DNA from: Octopus sinensis
Taxonomy: Eukaryota
Length of the DNA: 64,000 nucleotides
NCBI RefSeq assembly: GCF_006345805.1
Contig: NW_021831828.1
Coordinates: 1 to 64,000, forward strand
Reading direction: 5' to 3'
In this document: positions 28,556 to 43,400 of the stretch, one piece after another
How positions within the stretch are numbered: the stretch's first letter is position 1
Layout: each line of letters starts with the position of its first letter
The notes under the pieces: generated by a model
Databases searched by the model: none
Seen by the model: the letters and a program-made list of their open reading frames with translations, nothing else
What the model was told of the DNA's origin: nothing
Position numbers and translations under genes: made by a program

Positions 28556-29428
28556 TTTATTATTAGAACTTTCACGAGAGCCATAATGTTTATAACCCCG
28601 CATGTGCAGCTGAAGATATTAGAGAACTAATTAGATTGCTCCAAGCTCTCCTGTTCTTAGCTAGGTTCCTCAGAGAGTCCAGATCTTCACCAGATGCCAA
28701 TGTTTTTTACGGTTTTCAGATCGTTTTGTAAACAATCAGGAGGCTAGTTCTTGGTTTTCCACGAAAGTGTCCTACATTAGAGAGGGGTAGTAATCCTCCA
28801 ATGCGATGTTCGGGGGGATTTCGGGTCTAACCTCAGGACATGTCCAAAAAGTCTCCAACGAGAGCTAATGATCTCGCGACTTATTGGCGTACATTCACAC
28901 TTATTGTACAGTCCGCTTCGCGAGATCCTGGATGGCCAAAACATTCCAGTTATGTTTCTTAGATGATTCCTGTGAAACGAGTCGAGCTTCTCCAATTCCT
29001 CTTTTGTCGTGTCCCAGGTCCAGAGTTGTATAGAAGAAATGGTTTGATATATGTGTCGTATAGCCCTTGTTTGTGTTATTTCCCTTCTGTTTAACCATAT
29101 GTTTTTTAGCCTGTGTAATGCCGCGTTTGCCAAGGTTTTTCTCCGTATGATATCTTCATTGTCTTCTAAATAGAATCAAGTTTCTTAGTGTTCCTCCATT
29201 TCTCTTTGAGTGGGTTATTTATTCGTCTTATTCTGTCCATTCTATTTTTTTTCCATGCTCACTGTGAGAAACCATTTCCCAAGTATATCTAGTTTTTTTG
29301 TCTTCAGAGATTAGGACGGCATAAATCACTTTTTCTATTTTTCCTTGGTATAATAGCCTCAGTTCCCTCATAGCAGCCTCCAAGTATATTGTGAATAGTA
29401 GCGGAGACAGGGAGTCTCCCTGAGGAGT
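28556..29428 (-). mobile_element. RTE-like LINE 3' part abutting the satellite
   Basis: PQGDSLSPLLFTIYLE, LDSFHRNHLR, RWRLFGHVLR; short TAA-type tail. Confidence 0.85.
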
Positions 29429-31490
29429 GAAGGTGCCAGGATGTGATGATTTAGGGGTACTTGACATTATGTAATTAATTGCGTAAATATACTACAATTA
29501 AGAAAGGTCTCTAGATGTTAATAATGTGTGGTAATTGAAATTATGTAATAAATTGCCTAATATATTACGTAATTTTTGGTGGTCCCTATATGTAAAGATA
29601 TATGGGTCTTGAAATTATGGACTAAATTGTGTTATATACTTTCCAATTTGGAGAGGTTTCTAAATTTTAGGATATGGGGGTAAAGATTGTATCATGAATT
29701 AAAAACATTTATATTATGCAATATAAGGAGGTTCCAGGTGGTTCCAGACTATGTAATAATTTGCGTAATAAATTGATTAAAATATAAAATTTGGAGAGCT
29801 CCCAGGATGTGAGGATATATGGGTTCTTGAGATTATTAAACAATTTCGTTATGTATTTTCATTTGAAGAGATCTCTAAATGTTTGGATATGGGGATACTT
29901 GAGATTTTGAAATAAATTATGTAACATGCAATTTGGGAAGGTCCCAGGATGTGAGGATTTACGGGTTCTTGAGATTAATTAATAAATTTCGTTATATATT
30001 TTCATTTGGAGATGTCTCTAAATGTTGGGATATGGGGTTACTTGAGATTTTGAAATAAATTATGTAACATATTATGCAATTTGGGGAGGTGCCAGGATGT
30101 GAGGATTTAGGGGTACTTGAGATTATGTAATTAATTGCGTAATATATACTACAATTAAGAGAGGTCTCTAGATGTGTGAATAAGTGGGTACTTTAGATTA
30201 TGTAAAAAATTGCCTAATATATACGTAATTTTTGGAGGTCCCTATATGTAAAGATATATGGGTTCTTGAGATTATGTACTAAATTGTGTTATATACTTTC
30301 CAATTTAGAGAGGTTTCTTAATTTTAGGATATGGGGGTACATGAGATTATATCATAAATTGAGTAACATTTATATTATGCAATATGGTGAGGTTGCAGGA
30401 TGTAAGGATATGGGGGTTCTTGAAATTATGTAATAAATTGTGTAAAATTTGAATTTTGGAGAATTTCCAGGATGTGAGGATATATTGTTTCTTGAGATTA
30501 TTTAATAGATTGCGTTATATATTTTCAATTGGAGAGGTCCCTAAATGTTGGGATATGGAGGTACTTGAAATTTTGTAATAAATTATGTAACATATTATGC
30601 AATTTGGGAGAGGTGTCAGGATGTGAGGATTTAGGGGTACTTGAGATTATGTAATTAATTGCGTAATATCAACTACAATTTAAGAGGTCTCTAGATGTGT
30701 GAATAAGTGGGTACTTGAGATTATGTACTAAATTGTGTTATATACTTTCCAATTTAGAGAGGTTTCTTAATTTTAGGATATGGGGGTACTTGAGATTATA
30801 TCATAAATTGAGTAACATTTATATTATGCAATATGGTGAGGTTGCAGGATGTAAGGATATGGGGGTTCTTGAAATTATGTAATAAATTGCGTAAAATTTG
30901 AATTTTGGAGAATTTCCAGGATGTGAGGATATATTGGTTCTTGAGATTATTTAATAGATTGCGTTATATATTTTCATTTGGAGATGTCTCTAAATGTTGG
31001 GATATGGGGTTACTTGAGATTTTGAAATAAATTATGTAACATATTATGCAATTAGGGGAATGCCAGGATGTGAGGATTTAGGGGTACTTGAGATTATGTA
31101 ATTAATTGCGTAATATATACTACAATTAAGAGAGGTCTTTAGATGTGTGAAAAAGTGCGTAATTGAGATTATGTAATAAATTGCCTAATATATTACGTAA
31201 TTTTTGGAGGTCCCTATATGTAAAGATATATGGGTTCTTGAGATTATGTACTAAATTGCGTTATATACTTTCCAATTTGGAGATGTTTCTAAATTTTAGG
31301 TTATGGGGGTACTTAATATTGTATCATAAATTGAGTAACATTTATATTATCAATTTGGGGAGGTGTCAGGATGTGAGGATTTAGGGGTACTTGAGATTAT
31401 GTAATTAATTGCGTAACAAATTGCGTAAAATATGAATTTTGGAGAGTTTCCAAGATGTGAGGATATATTGGTTCTTGAGATTATTTAATA

Positions 31491-32081
31491 TGTCGCGAGC
31501 GCAGCGAGCGACCACTCAATTTCTAGATCCGATCAATCAAAAAATCTATAAATTGACAAATACCCAGGCTTGTATTTGGGATTAAATATATTCGATAACA
31601 AAAATTAAAATCGATGCCAAAGCAGAATGAGCTTTAAAACCGATTTCATAAATAAAAATAATATTTTAAAATTTATAATTGATATTTTAGAATAATGAGA
31701 AAAAATCTAAATGCTTCATAATTTATAAAAATGTCAAAACAAGAATCTTCTGAAGGAGCAAGCCTGTCTGCACAGTTCATTTTTGATTAGAAGACCTAAT
31801 TTTAGAGATTAAAACGAAAATATAGCAATGAGATCTGTCAAATTATTACCCCCCTCACAACCTAAACCAAATTAGCGTTCAGTATTCATTGATTTTACTT
31901 TTTCTATTAAGGTCTACTTATAAATTATTTTATGGGATTCAATGGAAAACTTAAGTTATTTCAATTTTAATTTTAAATCATGTTAAAATTTTAAATAATT
32001 TAATAAATATATTTGTTGATGATAGGCTTGTTAGGTGTCAAAGTTGCGTCTAGCGCTCGGTCGCGCGCTGCGCTCGCGACA
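31491..32081. mobile_element. TGTC-ended MITE (Ginger-type), copy 1
   Basis: 23-bp TIR TGTCGCGAGCGCAGCG(A/C)GCGACC; 5-bp TSD TAATA; the empty site GATTATTTAATAGATT is present in other monomers. Confidence 0.9.
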
Positions 32082-34557
32082 TAATAGATTGCATTATATA
32101 TTTTCATTTGGAGATGTCTGTAAATGTTGGGATATGGGGTTACTTGAGATTTTGAAATAAATTATGTAACATATTATGCAATTTGGGGAGGTGCCAGGAT
32201 GTGAGGATTTAGGGGTACTTGAGATTATGTAATTAATTGCGTAATATCAACTACAATTTAAGAGGTCTCTAGATGTGTGAATAAGTGGGTAGTTGAGATT
32301 GTGTAATAAATTGCATAATATATTACGTAATTTTTGGAGGTCCCTATATGTAAAGATATATGGGTTCTTGAGATTATGTACTAAATTGTGTTATATACTT
32401 TCCAATTTAGAGAGGTTTCTTAATTTTAGGATATGGGGGTACTTGAGATTATATCATAAATTGAGTAACATTTATATTATGCAATATGGTGAGTTTGCAG
32501 AATGTAAGGATATGGGGGTTCTTAAAATTATGTAATAAATTGCGTAAAATTTGAATTTTGGAGAATTTCCAGGATGTGAGGATATATTGGTTCTTGAGAT
32601 TATTTAATAGATTGCGTTATATATTTTCAATTGGAGAGGTCCCTAAATGTTGGGATATGGAGGTACTTGAAATTTTGTAATAAATTATGTAACATATTAT
32701 GCAATTTGGGAGAGGTGTCAGGATGTGAGGATTTAGAGGTACTTGAGATTATGTAATTAATTGCGTAATATAAACTACAATTTAAGAGGTCTCTAGATGT
32801 GTGAATAAGTGGGTACTTGAGATTATGCACTAAATTGTGTTATATACTTTCCAATTTAGAGAGGTTTCTTAATTTTAGGATATGGGGGTACTTGAGATTA
32901 TATCATAAATTGAGTAACATTTATATTATGCAATATGGTGAGGTTGCAGGATGTAAGGATATGGGGGTTCTTGAAATTATGTAATAAATTGCGTAAAATT
33001 TGAATTTTGGAGAATTTCAGGATGTGAGGATATATGGTTCTTGAGATTATTTAATAGATTGCGTTATATATTTTCATTTGGGAGATCTCTAAATGTTGGG
33101 ATATGGGGTTACTTAAGATTTTGTAATAAATTATGTAACATATTATGCAATTAGGGGAATGCCAGGATGTGAGGATTTAGGGGTACTTGAGATTATGTAA
33201 TTAATTGCGTAATATATACTACAATTAAGAGAGGTCTCTAGATGTGTGAATAAGTGGGTACTTTAGATTATGTAAAAAATTGCCTAATATATACGTAATT
33301 TTTGGAGGTCCCTATATGTAAAGATATATGGGTTCTTGAGATTATGTACTAAATTGTGTTATATACTTTCCAATTTAGAGAGGTTTCTTAATTTTAGGAT
33401 ATGGGGGTACATGAGATTATATCATAAATTGAGTAACATTTATATTATGCAATATGGTGAGGTTGCAGGATGTAAGGATATGGGGGTTCTTGAAATTATG
33501 TAATAAATTGTGTAAAATTTGAATTTTGGAGAATTTCCAGGATGTGAGGATATATTGGTTCTTGAGATTATTTAATAGATTGCGTTATATATTTTCAATT
33601 GGAGAGGTCCCTAAATGTTGGGATATGGAGGTACTTGAAATTTTGTAATAAATTATGTAACATATTATGCAATTTGGGAGAGGTGTCAGGATGTGAGGAT
33701 TTAGGGGTACTTGAGATTATGTAATTAATTGCGTAATATCAACTACAATTTAAGAGGTCTCTAGATGTGTGAATAAGTGGGTACTTGAGATTATGTACTA
33801 AATTGTGTTATATACTTTCCAATTTAGAGAGGTTTCTTAATTTTAGGATATGGGGGTACTTGAGATTATATCATAAATTGAGTAACATTTATATTATGCA
33901 ATATGGTGAGGTTGCAGGATGTAAGGATATGGGGGTTCTTGAAATTATGTAATAAATTGCGTAAAATTTGAATTTTGGAGAATTTCCAGGATGTGAGGAT
34001 ATATTGGTTCTTGAGATTATTTAATAGATTGCGTTATATATTTTCATTTGGAGAGATCTCTAAATGTTGGGATATGGGGTTACTTGAGATTTTGAAATAA
34101 ATTATGTAACATATTATGCAATTAGGGGAATGCCAGGATGTGAGGATTTAGGGGTACTTGAGATTATGTAATTAATTGCGTAATATATACTACAATTAGA
34201 GAGGTCTTTAGATGTGTGAAAAAGTGCGTAATTGAGATTATGTAATAAATTGCCTAATATATTACGTAATTTTTGGAGGTCCCTATATGTAAAGATATAT
34301 GGGTTCTTGAGATTATGTACTAAATTGCGTTATATACTTTCCATTTGGAGATGTTTCTAAATTTTAGGTTATGGGGGTACTTAATATTGTATCATAATTG
34401 AGTAACATTTATATTATCAATTTGGGGAGGTGTCAGGATGTGAGGATTTAGGGGTACTTGAGATTATGTAATTAATTGCGTAACAAATTGCGTAAAATAT
34501 GAATTTTGGAGAGTTTCCAAGATGTGAGGATATATTGGTTCTTGAGATTATTTAATA

Positions 34558-35146
34558 TGTCGCGAGCGCAGCGAGCGACCACTCAATTTCTAGATCCGAT
34601 CAATCAAAAAATCTATAAATTGACAAATACCCAGGCTTGTATTTGGGATTAAATATATTCGATAACAAAAATTAAAATCGATGCCAAAGCAGAATGAGCT
34701 TTAAAACCGATTTCATAAATAAAAATAATATTTTAAAATTTATAATTGATATTTTAGAATAATGAGAAAAAATCTAAATGCTTCATAATTTATAAAAATG
34801 TCAAAACAAGAATCTTCTGAAGGAGCAAGCCTGTCTGCACAGTTCATTTTTGATTAGAAGACCTAATTTTAGAGATTAAAACGAAAATATAGCAATGAGA
34901 TCTGTCAAATTATTACCCCCCTCACAACCTAAACCAAATTAGCGTTCAGTATTCATTGATTTTACTTTTTCTATTAAGGTCTACTTATAAATTATTTTAT
35001 GGGATTCAATGGAAAACTTAAGTTATTTCAATTTTAATTTTAAATCATGTTAAAATTTTAAATAATTTAATAAATATATTTGTTGAATAGGCTTGTTAGG
35101 TGTCAAAGTTGCGTCTAGCGCTCGGTCGCGCGCTGCGCTCGCGACA
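34558..35146. mobile_element. TGTC-ended MITE, copy 2
   Basis: Near-identical to copy 1, with the same TSD and flanks. Confidence 0.9.
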
Positions 35147-36883
35147 TAATAGATTGCATTATATATTTTCATTTGGAGATGTCCTCTAAATGTTGGGATA
35201 TGGGGTTACTTGAGATTTTGAAATAAATTATGTAACATATTATGCAATTTGGGGAGGTGCCAGGATGTGAGGATTTAGGGGTACTTGAGATTATGTAATT
35301 AATTGCGTAATATCAACTACAATTTAAGAGGTCTCTAGATGTGTGAATAAGTGGGTAGTTGAGATTGTGTAATAAATTGCATAATATATTACGTAATTTT
35401 TGGAGGTCCCTATATGTAAGATATATGGGTTCTTGAGATTATGTACTAAATTGTGTTATATACTTTCCAATTTAGAGAGGTTTCTTAATTTTAGGATATG
35501 GGGGTACTTGAGATTATATCATAAATTAGGTGAGTAACATTTATATTATGCAATTAGGGGAGGTGTCAGGATGTGAGGATTTAGGTTTTCATTAGCCTGC
35601 AAGGATGTGATGATTTAGGGGTACTTGAGATTATGTAATTAATTGCGTAATATATACTACAATTAAGAGAGGTCTTTAGATGTGTGAATAAGTGGGTAAT
35701 TGAGATTATGTAATAAATTGCCTAATATATTACGTAATTTTTGGAGGTCCCTATATGTAAAGATATATGGGTTCTTGAGATTATGTACTAAATTGTGTTA
35801 TATACTTTCCAATTTGGAGAGGTTTCTAAATTTTAGAATATGGGGGTACTTAAGATTGTATCATGAATTAAATAACATTTATATTATGCAATATAAGGAG
35901 GTTCCAGGTGGTTCCAGACTATGTAATAATTTGCGTAATAAATTGCTTAAAATATAAAATTTGGAGAGCTCCCAGGATGTGAGGATATATGGGTTCTTGA
36001 GATTATTTAAACAATTTCGTTATGTATTTTCATTTGGAGAGATCTCTAAATGTTTGGATATGGGGATACTTGAGATTTTGAAATAAATTATGTAACATGC
36101 AATTTGGGAAGGTGCCAGGATGTGATGATTTAGGGGTACTTGACATTATGTAATTAATTGCGTAATATATACTACAATTAAGAAAGGTCTCTAGATGTTA
36201 AATAAGTGGGTAATTGAAATTATGTAATAAATTGCCTAATATATTACGTAATTTTTGGTGGTCCCTATATGTAAAGATATATGGGTTCTTGAGATTATGT
36301 ACTAAATTGTGTTATATACTTTCCAATTTGGAGAGGTTTCTAAATTTTAGGATATGGAGGTACTTGAGATTATATCATAAATTGAGTAACATTTATATTA
36401 TGCAATTTGGGGAGGTGTCAGGATGTGAGGATTTAGGGGTACTTGAGATTATGTAATTAATTGCGTAATATCAACTACAATTTAAGAGGTCTCTAGATGT
36501 GTGAATAAGTGGGTACTTTACATTATGTAATAAATTGCCTAATATATTACGTAATTTTTGGAGGTCCATATATGTAAAGATATATGGGTTCTTGAGATTA
36601 TGTATTAAATTGTGTTATATACTTTCCAATTTAGAGAGGTTTCTTAATTTTAGGATATGGGGGTACTTGAGATTATATCATAAATTAGGTGAGTAACATT
36701 TATATTATGCAATTAGGGGAGGTGTCAGGATGTGAGGATTTAGGTTTTCATTAGCCTGCAAGGATGTGATGATTTAGGGGTACTTGAGATTATGTAATTA
36801 ATTGCGTAACAAATTGCGTAAAATATGAATTTTGGAGAGTTTCCAAGATGTGAGGATATATTGGTTCTTGAGATTATTTAATA

Positions 36884-37472
36884 TGTCGCGAGCGCAGCGA
36901 GCGACCACTCAATTTCTAGATCCGATCAATCAAAAAATCTATAAATTGACAAATACCCAGGCTTGTATTTGGGATTAAATATATTCGATAACAAAAATTA
37001 AAATCGATGCCAAAGCAGAATGAGCTTTAAAACCGATTTCATAAATAAAAATAATATTTTAAAATTTATAATTGATATTTTAGAATAATGAGAAAAAATC
37101 TAAATGCTTCATAATTTATAAAAATGTCAAAACAAGAATCTTCTGAAGGAGCAAGCCTGTCTGCACAGTTCATTTTTGATTAGAAGACCTAATTTTAGAG
37201 ATTAAAACGAAAATATAGCAATGAGATCTGTCAAATTATTACCCCCCTCACAACCTAAACCAAATTAGCGTTCAGTATTCATTGATTTTACTTTTTCTAT
37301 TAAGGTCTACTTATAAATATTTTATGGGATTCAATGGAAAACTTAAGTTATTTCAATTTTAATTTTAAATCATGTTAAAATTTTAAATAATTTAATAAAT
37401 ATATTGTTGATGATAGGCTTGTTAGGTGTCAAAGTTGCGTCTAGCGCTCGGTCGCGCGCTGCGCTCGCGACA
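36884..37472. mobile_element. TGTC-ended MITE, copy 3
   Basis: Near-identical to copy 1, with the same TSD and flanks. Confidence 0.9.
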
Positions 37473-40400
37473 TAATAGATTGCATTATATATTTTCATTT
37501 GGAGATGTCTCTAAATGTTGGGATATGGGGTTACTTGAGATTTTGAAATAAATTATGTAACATATTATGCAATTTGGGGAGGTGCCAGGATGTGAGGATT
37601 TAGGGGTACTTGAGATTATGTAATTAATTGCGTAATATCAACTACAATTTAAGAGGTCTCTAGATGTGTGAATAAGTGGGTAGTTGAGATTGTGTAATAA
37701 ATTGCATAATATATTACGTAATTTTTGGAGGTCCCTATATGTAAAGATATATGGGTTCTTGAGATTATGTACTAAATTGTGTTATATACTTTCCAATTTA
37801 GAGAGGTTTCTTAATTTTAGGATATGGGGGTACTTGAGATTATATCATAAATTAGGTGAGTAACATTTATATTATGCAATTAGGGGAGGTGTCAGGATGT
37901 GAGGATTTAGGTTTTCATTAGCCTGCAAGGATGTGATGATTTAGGGGTACTTGACATTATGTAATTAATTGCGTAATATATACTACAGTTAAGAAAGGTC
38001 TCTAGATGTTAAATAAGTGGGTAATTGAAATTATGTAATAAATTGCCTAATATATTACGTAATTTTTGGTGGTCCCTATATGTAAAGATATATGCGTTCT
38101 TGAAATTATGTACTAAATTGTGTTATATACTTTCCAATTTGGAGAGGTTTCTAAATTTTAGGATATGGGGTTACTTAAGATTTTGTAATAAATTATGTAA
38201 CATATTATGCAATTTGGGGAGGTGCCAGGATGTGAGGACTTGAGATTATGTAATTAATTGCGTAATATCAACTACAATTTAAGAGGTCTCTAGATGTGTG
38301 AATAAGTGGGTACTTTACATTATGTAATAAATTGCCTAATATATTACGTAATTTTTGGAGGTCCCTATATGTAAGATATGGGTTCTTGAGATTATGTACT
38401 AAATTGTGTTATATACTTTCCAATTTAGAGAGGTTTCTTAATTTTAGGATATGGGGGTACTTGAGATTATATCATAAATTGAGTAACATTTATATTATGC
38501 AATGGGTGAGGTTGCAGGATGTAAGGATATGGGGGTTCTTGAAATTATGTAATAAATTGCGTAAAATTTGAATTTTGGAGAATTTCCAGGATGTGAGGAT
38601 ATATTGGTTCTTGAAATTATTTAATAGATTGCGTTATATATTTTCATTTGGAGAGGTCCCTAAATGTTGGGATATGGAGGTACTTGAAATTTTGTAATAA
38701 ATTATGTAACATATTATGCAATTTGGGAGAGGTGTCAGGATGTGAGGATTTAGGGGTACTTGAGATTATGTAATTAATTGCGTAATATCAACTACAATTT
38801 AAGAGGTCTCTAGATGTGTGAATAAGTGGGTACTTGAGATTATGCACTAAATTGTGTTATATACTTTCCAATTTAGAGAGGTTTCTTAATTTTAGGATAT
38901 GGGGGTACTTGAGATTATATCATAAATTGAGTAACATTATATTATGCAATATGGTGAGGTTGCAGGATGTAAGGATATGGGGGTTCTTGAAATTATGTAA
39001 TAAATTGCGTAAAATTTGAATTTTGGAGAATTTCCAGGATGTGAGGATATATGGTTCTTGAAATTATTTAATAGATTGCGTTATATATTTTCATTTGGAG
39101 AGATCTCTAAATGGGGATATGGGGTTACTTAAGATTTTGTAATAAATTATGTAACATATTATGCAATTTGGGGAGGTGCCAGGATGTGAGGACTTGAGAT
39201 TATGTAATTAATTGCGTAATATATACTACAATTAAGAGAGGTCTCTAGATGTGTGAATAAGTGGGTACTTTAGATTATGTAATAAATTGCCTAATATATT
39301 ACGTAATTTTTGGAGGTCCCTATATGTAAAGATATATGGGTTCTTGAGATTATGTACTAAATTGTGTTATATACTTTCCAATTTAGAGAGGTTTCTTAAT
39401 TTTAGGATATGGGGGTACTTGAGATTATATCATAATTGAGTAACATTTATATTATGGAATATGGTGAGGTTGCAGGATGTAAGGATATGGGGGTTCTTGA
39501 AATTATGTAATAAATTGCGTAAAATTTGAATTTTGGAGAATTTCCAGGATGTGAGGATATATTGGTTCTTGGGATTATTTAATAGATTGCGTTATATATT
39601 TTCAATTGGAGAGGTCCCTAAATGTTGGGATATGGAGGTACTTGAAATTTTGTAATAAATTATGTAACATATTATGCAATTTGGGAGAAGTGTCAGGATG
39701 TGAGGATTTAGGGGTACTTGAGATTATGTAATTAATTGCGTAATATCAACTACAATTTAAGAGGTCTCTAGATGTGTGAATAAGTGGGTACTTGAGATTG
39801 TGTAATAAATTGCCTAATATATTACGTAATTTTTGGAGGTCCCTATATGTAAAGATATAAGGGTTCTTGAGATTATGTACTAAATTGCGTTATATACTTT
39901 CCAATTTGGAGATGTTTCTAAATTTTAGGATATGGGGGTACTTGAAATTATATCATAAATTGAGTGAGTAACATTTATATTATGCAATTAGGGGAGGTGT
40001 CAGGATGTGAGGATTTAGGTTTTCTTTAGCCTATGTAATAATTTGCGTAATAAATTGCTTAAAATATGAAATTTCCAGAGGTCCCAGGATGTGAGGATAT
40101 ATGGGTTCTTGAGATTATTTAAACAATTTCGTTATGTATTTTCATTTGGAGAGGTCTCTAAATGTTTGGATATGGGGGTACTTCTGTAATAAATTGCATA
40201 ATATATTACGTAATTTTTGGAGGTACCTATATGTAAAGATATATGGGTTCTTGAGATTATGTACTAAATTGTGTTATATACTTTACAATTTAGAGAGGTT
40301 TCTTAATTTTAGGATATGGGGGTACTTGAGATTATATCATAAATTGAGTAACATTTATATTATGCAATATGGTGAGGTTGCAGGATGTAAGGATATGGGG

Positions 40401-43400
40401 GTTCTTGAAATATGTAATAAATAGCGCGTAAAATTTGAATTTTGGAGAATTTCCATGTAATCCAACAATTTCGTTATGTATTTTCAATTGGAGAGGTCTC
40501 TAAATGTTTGGATATGGGGGTACTTGAGATTTTGAAATAAATTATGTAACATATTATGCAATTTGGGAAGATGCAAGGATGTGATGATTTAGGGTTCTTG
40601 AGATTATGTACTAAATTGTGTTATATACTTTACAATTTAGAGAGGTTTCTTAATTTTAGGATATGGGGGTACTTGAGATTATATCATAAATTGAGTAACA
40701 TTTATATTATGCAATATGGGGAATGCCAGGATGTGAGGATTTAGGGGTACTTGAGATTATGTAATTAATTGCGTAATATATACTACAATTAAGAGAGGTC
40801 TCTAGATGTGTGAATAAGTGGGTACTTTAGATTATGTAAAAAATTGCCTAATATATACGTAATTTTTGGAGGTCCCTATATGAAGATATATGGGTTCTTG
40901 AGATTATGTACTAAATTGTGTTATATACTTTCCAATTTAGAGAGGTTTCTTAATTTTAGGATATGGGGGTACTTGAGATTATATCATAAATTGAGTAACA
41001 TTTATATTATGCAATATGGTGAGGTTGCAGGATGTAAGGATATGGGGGTTCTTGAAATTATGTAATAAATTGCGTAAAATTTGAATTTTGGAGAATTTCC
41101 AGGATGTGAGGATATATTGGTTCTTGAGATTATTTAATAGATTGCGTTATATATTTTCAATTGGAGAGGTCCCTAAATGTTGGGATATGGAGGTACTTGA
41201 AATTTTGTAATAAATTATGTAACATATTATGCAATTTGGGAGAGGTGTCAGGATGTGAGGATTTAGGGGTACTTGAGATTATGTAATTAATTGCGTAATA
41301 TCAACTACAATTTAAGAGGTCTCTAGATGTGTGAATAAGTGGGTACTTGAGATTATGCACTAAATTGTGTTATATACTTTCCAATTTAGAGAGGTTCATA
41401 ATTTTAGGATATGGGGGTACTTGAGATTATATCATAAATTGAGTAACATTTATATTATGCAATATGGTGAGGTTGCAGGATGTAAGGATATGGGGGTTCT
41501 TGAAATTATGTAATAAATTGCGTAAAATTTCAATTTTGGAGAATTTCCAGGATGTGAGGATATATTGGTTCTTGAAATTATTTAATAGATTGCGTTATAT
41601 ATTTTCATTTGGAGAGATCTCTAAATGTTGGGATATGGGGTTACTTAAGATTTTGTAATAAATTATGTAACATATTATGCAATTTGGGGAGGTGCCAGGA
41701 TGTGAGGACTTGAGATTATGTAATTAATTGCGTAATATATACTACAATTAAGAGAGGTCTCTAGATGTGTGAATAAGTGGGTACTTTAGATTATGTAATA
41801 AATTGCCTAATATATTACGTAATTTTTGGAGGTCCCTATATGTAAAGATATATGGGTTCTTGAGATTATGTACTAAATTGTGTTATATACTTTCCAATTT
41901 AGAGAGGTTTCTTAATTTTAGGATATGGGGGTACTTGAGATTATATCATAAATTGAGTAACATTTATATTATGCAATATGGTGAGGTTGCAGGATGTAAG
42001 GATATGGGGGTTCTTGAAATTATGTAATAAATTGCGTAAAATTTGAATTTTGGAGAATTTCCAGGATGTGAGGATATATTGGTTCTTGGGATTATTTAAT
42101 AGATTGCGTTATATTTTTCAATTGGAGAGGTCCCTAAATGTTGGGATATGGAGGTACTTGAAATTTTGTAATAAATTATGTAACATATTATGCAATTTGG
42201 GAGAGGTGTCAGGATGTGAGGATTTAGGGGTACTTGAGATTATGTAATTAATTGCGTAATATCAACTACAATTTAAGAGGTCTCTAGATGTGTGAATAAG
42301 TGGGTACTTGAGATTGTGTAATAAATTGCATAATATATTACGTAATTTTTGGAGGTCCCTATATGTAAAGATATATGGGTTCTTGAGATTATGTACTAAA
42401 TTGCGTTATATACTTTCCAATTGGAGATGTTTCTAAATTTTAGGATATGGGGGTACTTGAAATTATATCATAAATTGAGTGAGTAACATTATATTATGCA
42501 ATTAGGGGAGGTGTCAGGATGTGAGGATTTAGGTTTTCTTTAGCCTATGTAATAATTTGCGTAATAAATTGCTTAAAATATGAAATTTCCAGAGGTCCCA
42601 GGATGTGAGGATATATGGGTTCTTGAGATTATTTAAACAATTTCGTTATGTATTTTCATTTGGAGAGGTCTCTAAATGTTTGGATATGGGGGTACTTGTG
42701 TAATAAATTGCATAATATATTACGTAATTTTTGGAGGTACCTATATGTAAAGATATATGGGTTCTTGAGATTATGTACTAAATTGTGTTATATACTTTAC
42801 AATTTAGAGAGGTTTCTTAATTTTAGGATATGGGGGTACTTGAGATTATATCATAAATTGAGTAACATTTATATTATGCAATATGGTGAGGTTGCAGGAT
42901 GTAAGGATATGGGGGTTCTTGAAATTATGTAATAAATTGCGTAAAATTTGAATTTTGGAGAATTTCCATGTAATCCAACAATTTCGTTATGTATTTTCAT
43001 TTGGAGAGGTCTCTAAATGTTTGGATATGGAGGTACTTGAGATTTTGAAATAAATTATGTAACATATTATGCAATTTGGGAAGGTGCAAGGATGTGATGA
43101 TTTAGGGGTTCTTGAGATTATGTACTAAATTGTGTTATATACTTTACAATTTAGAGAGGTTTCTTAATTTTAGGATATGGGGGTACTTGAGATTATATCA
43201 TAAATTGAGTAACATTTATATTATGCAATATGGGGAGGTTGCAGGATGTGAGGATATGGGGGTTCTTGAAATTATGTAATAAATTGCGTAATAAATTGCG
43301 TAAAATATGAATTTTGGAGACTACAATTTAGAGAGGTCTCTAGATGTGTGAATAAGTGGGTACTTTAGATTATGTAATAAATTGCCTAATATATTACGTA

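Noticed and set aside
31163-42932. Repeated + strand ORFs (MRLCNKLPNILRNFW...) as a gene family
   Set aside because: These are short open stretches of the satellite, broken by non-3n monomers and with no gene structure.
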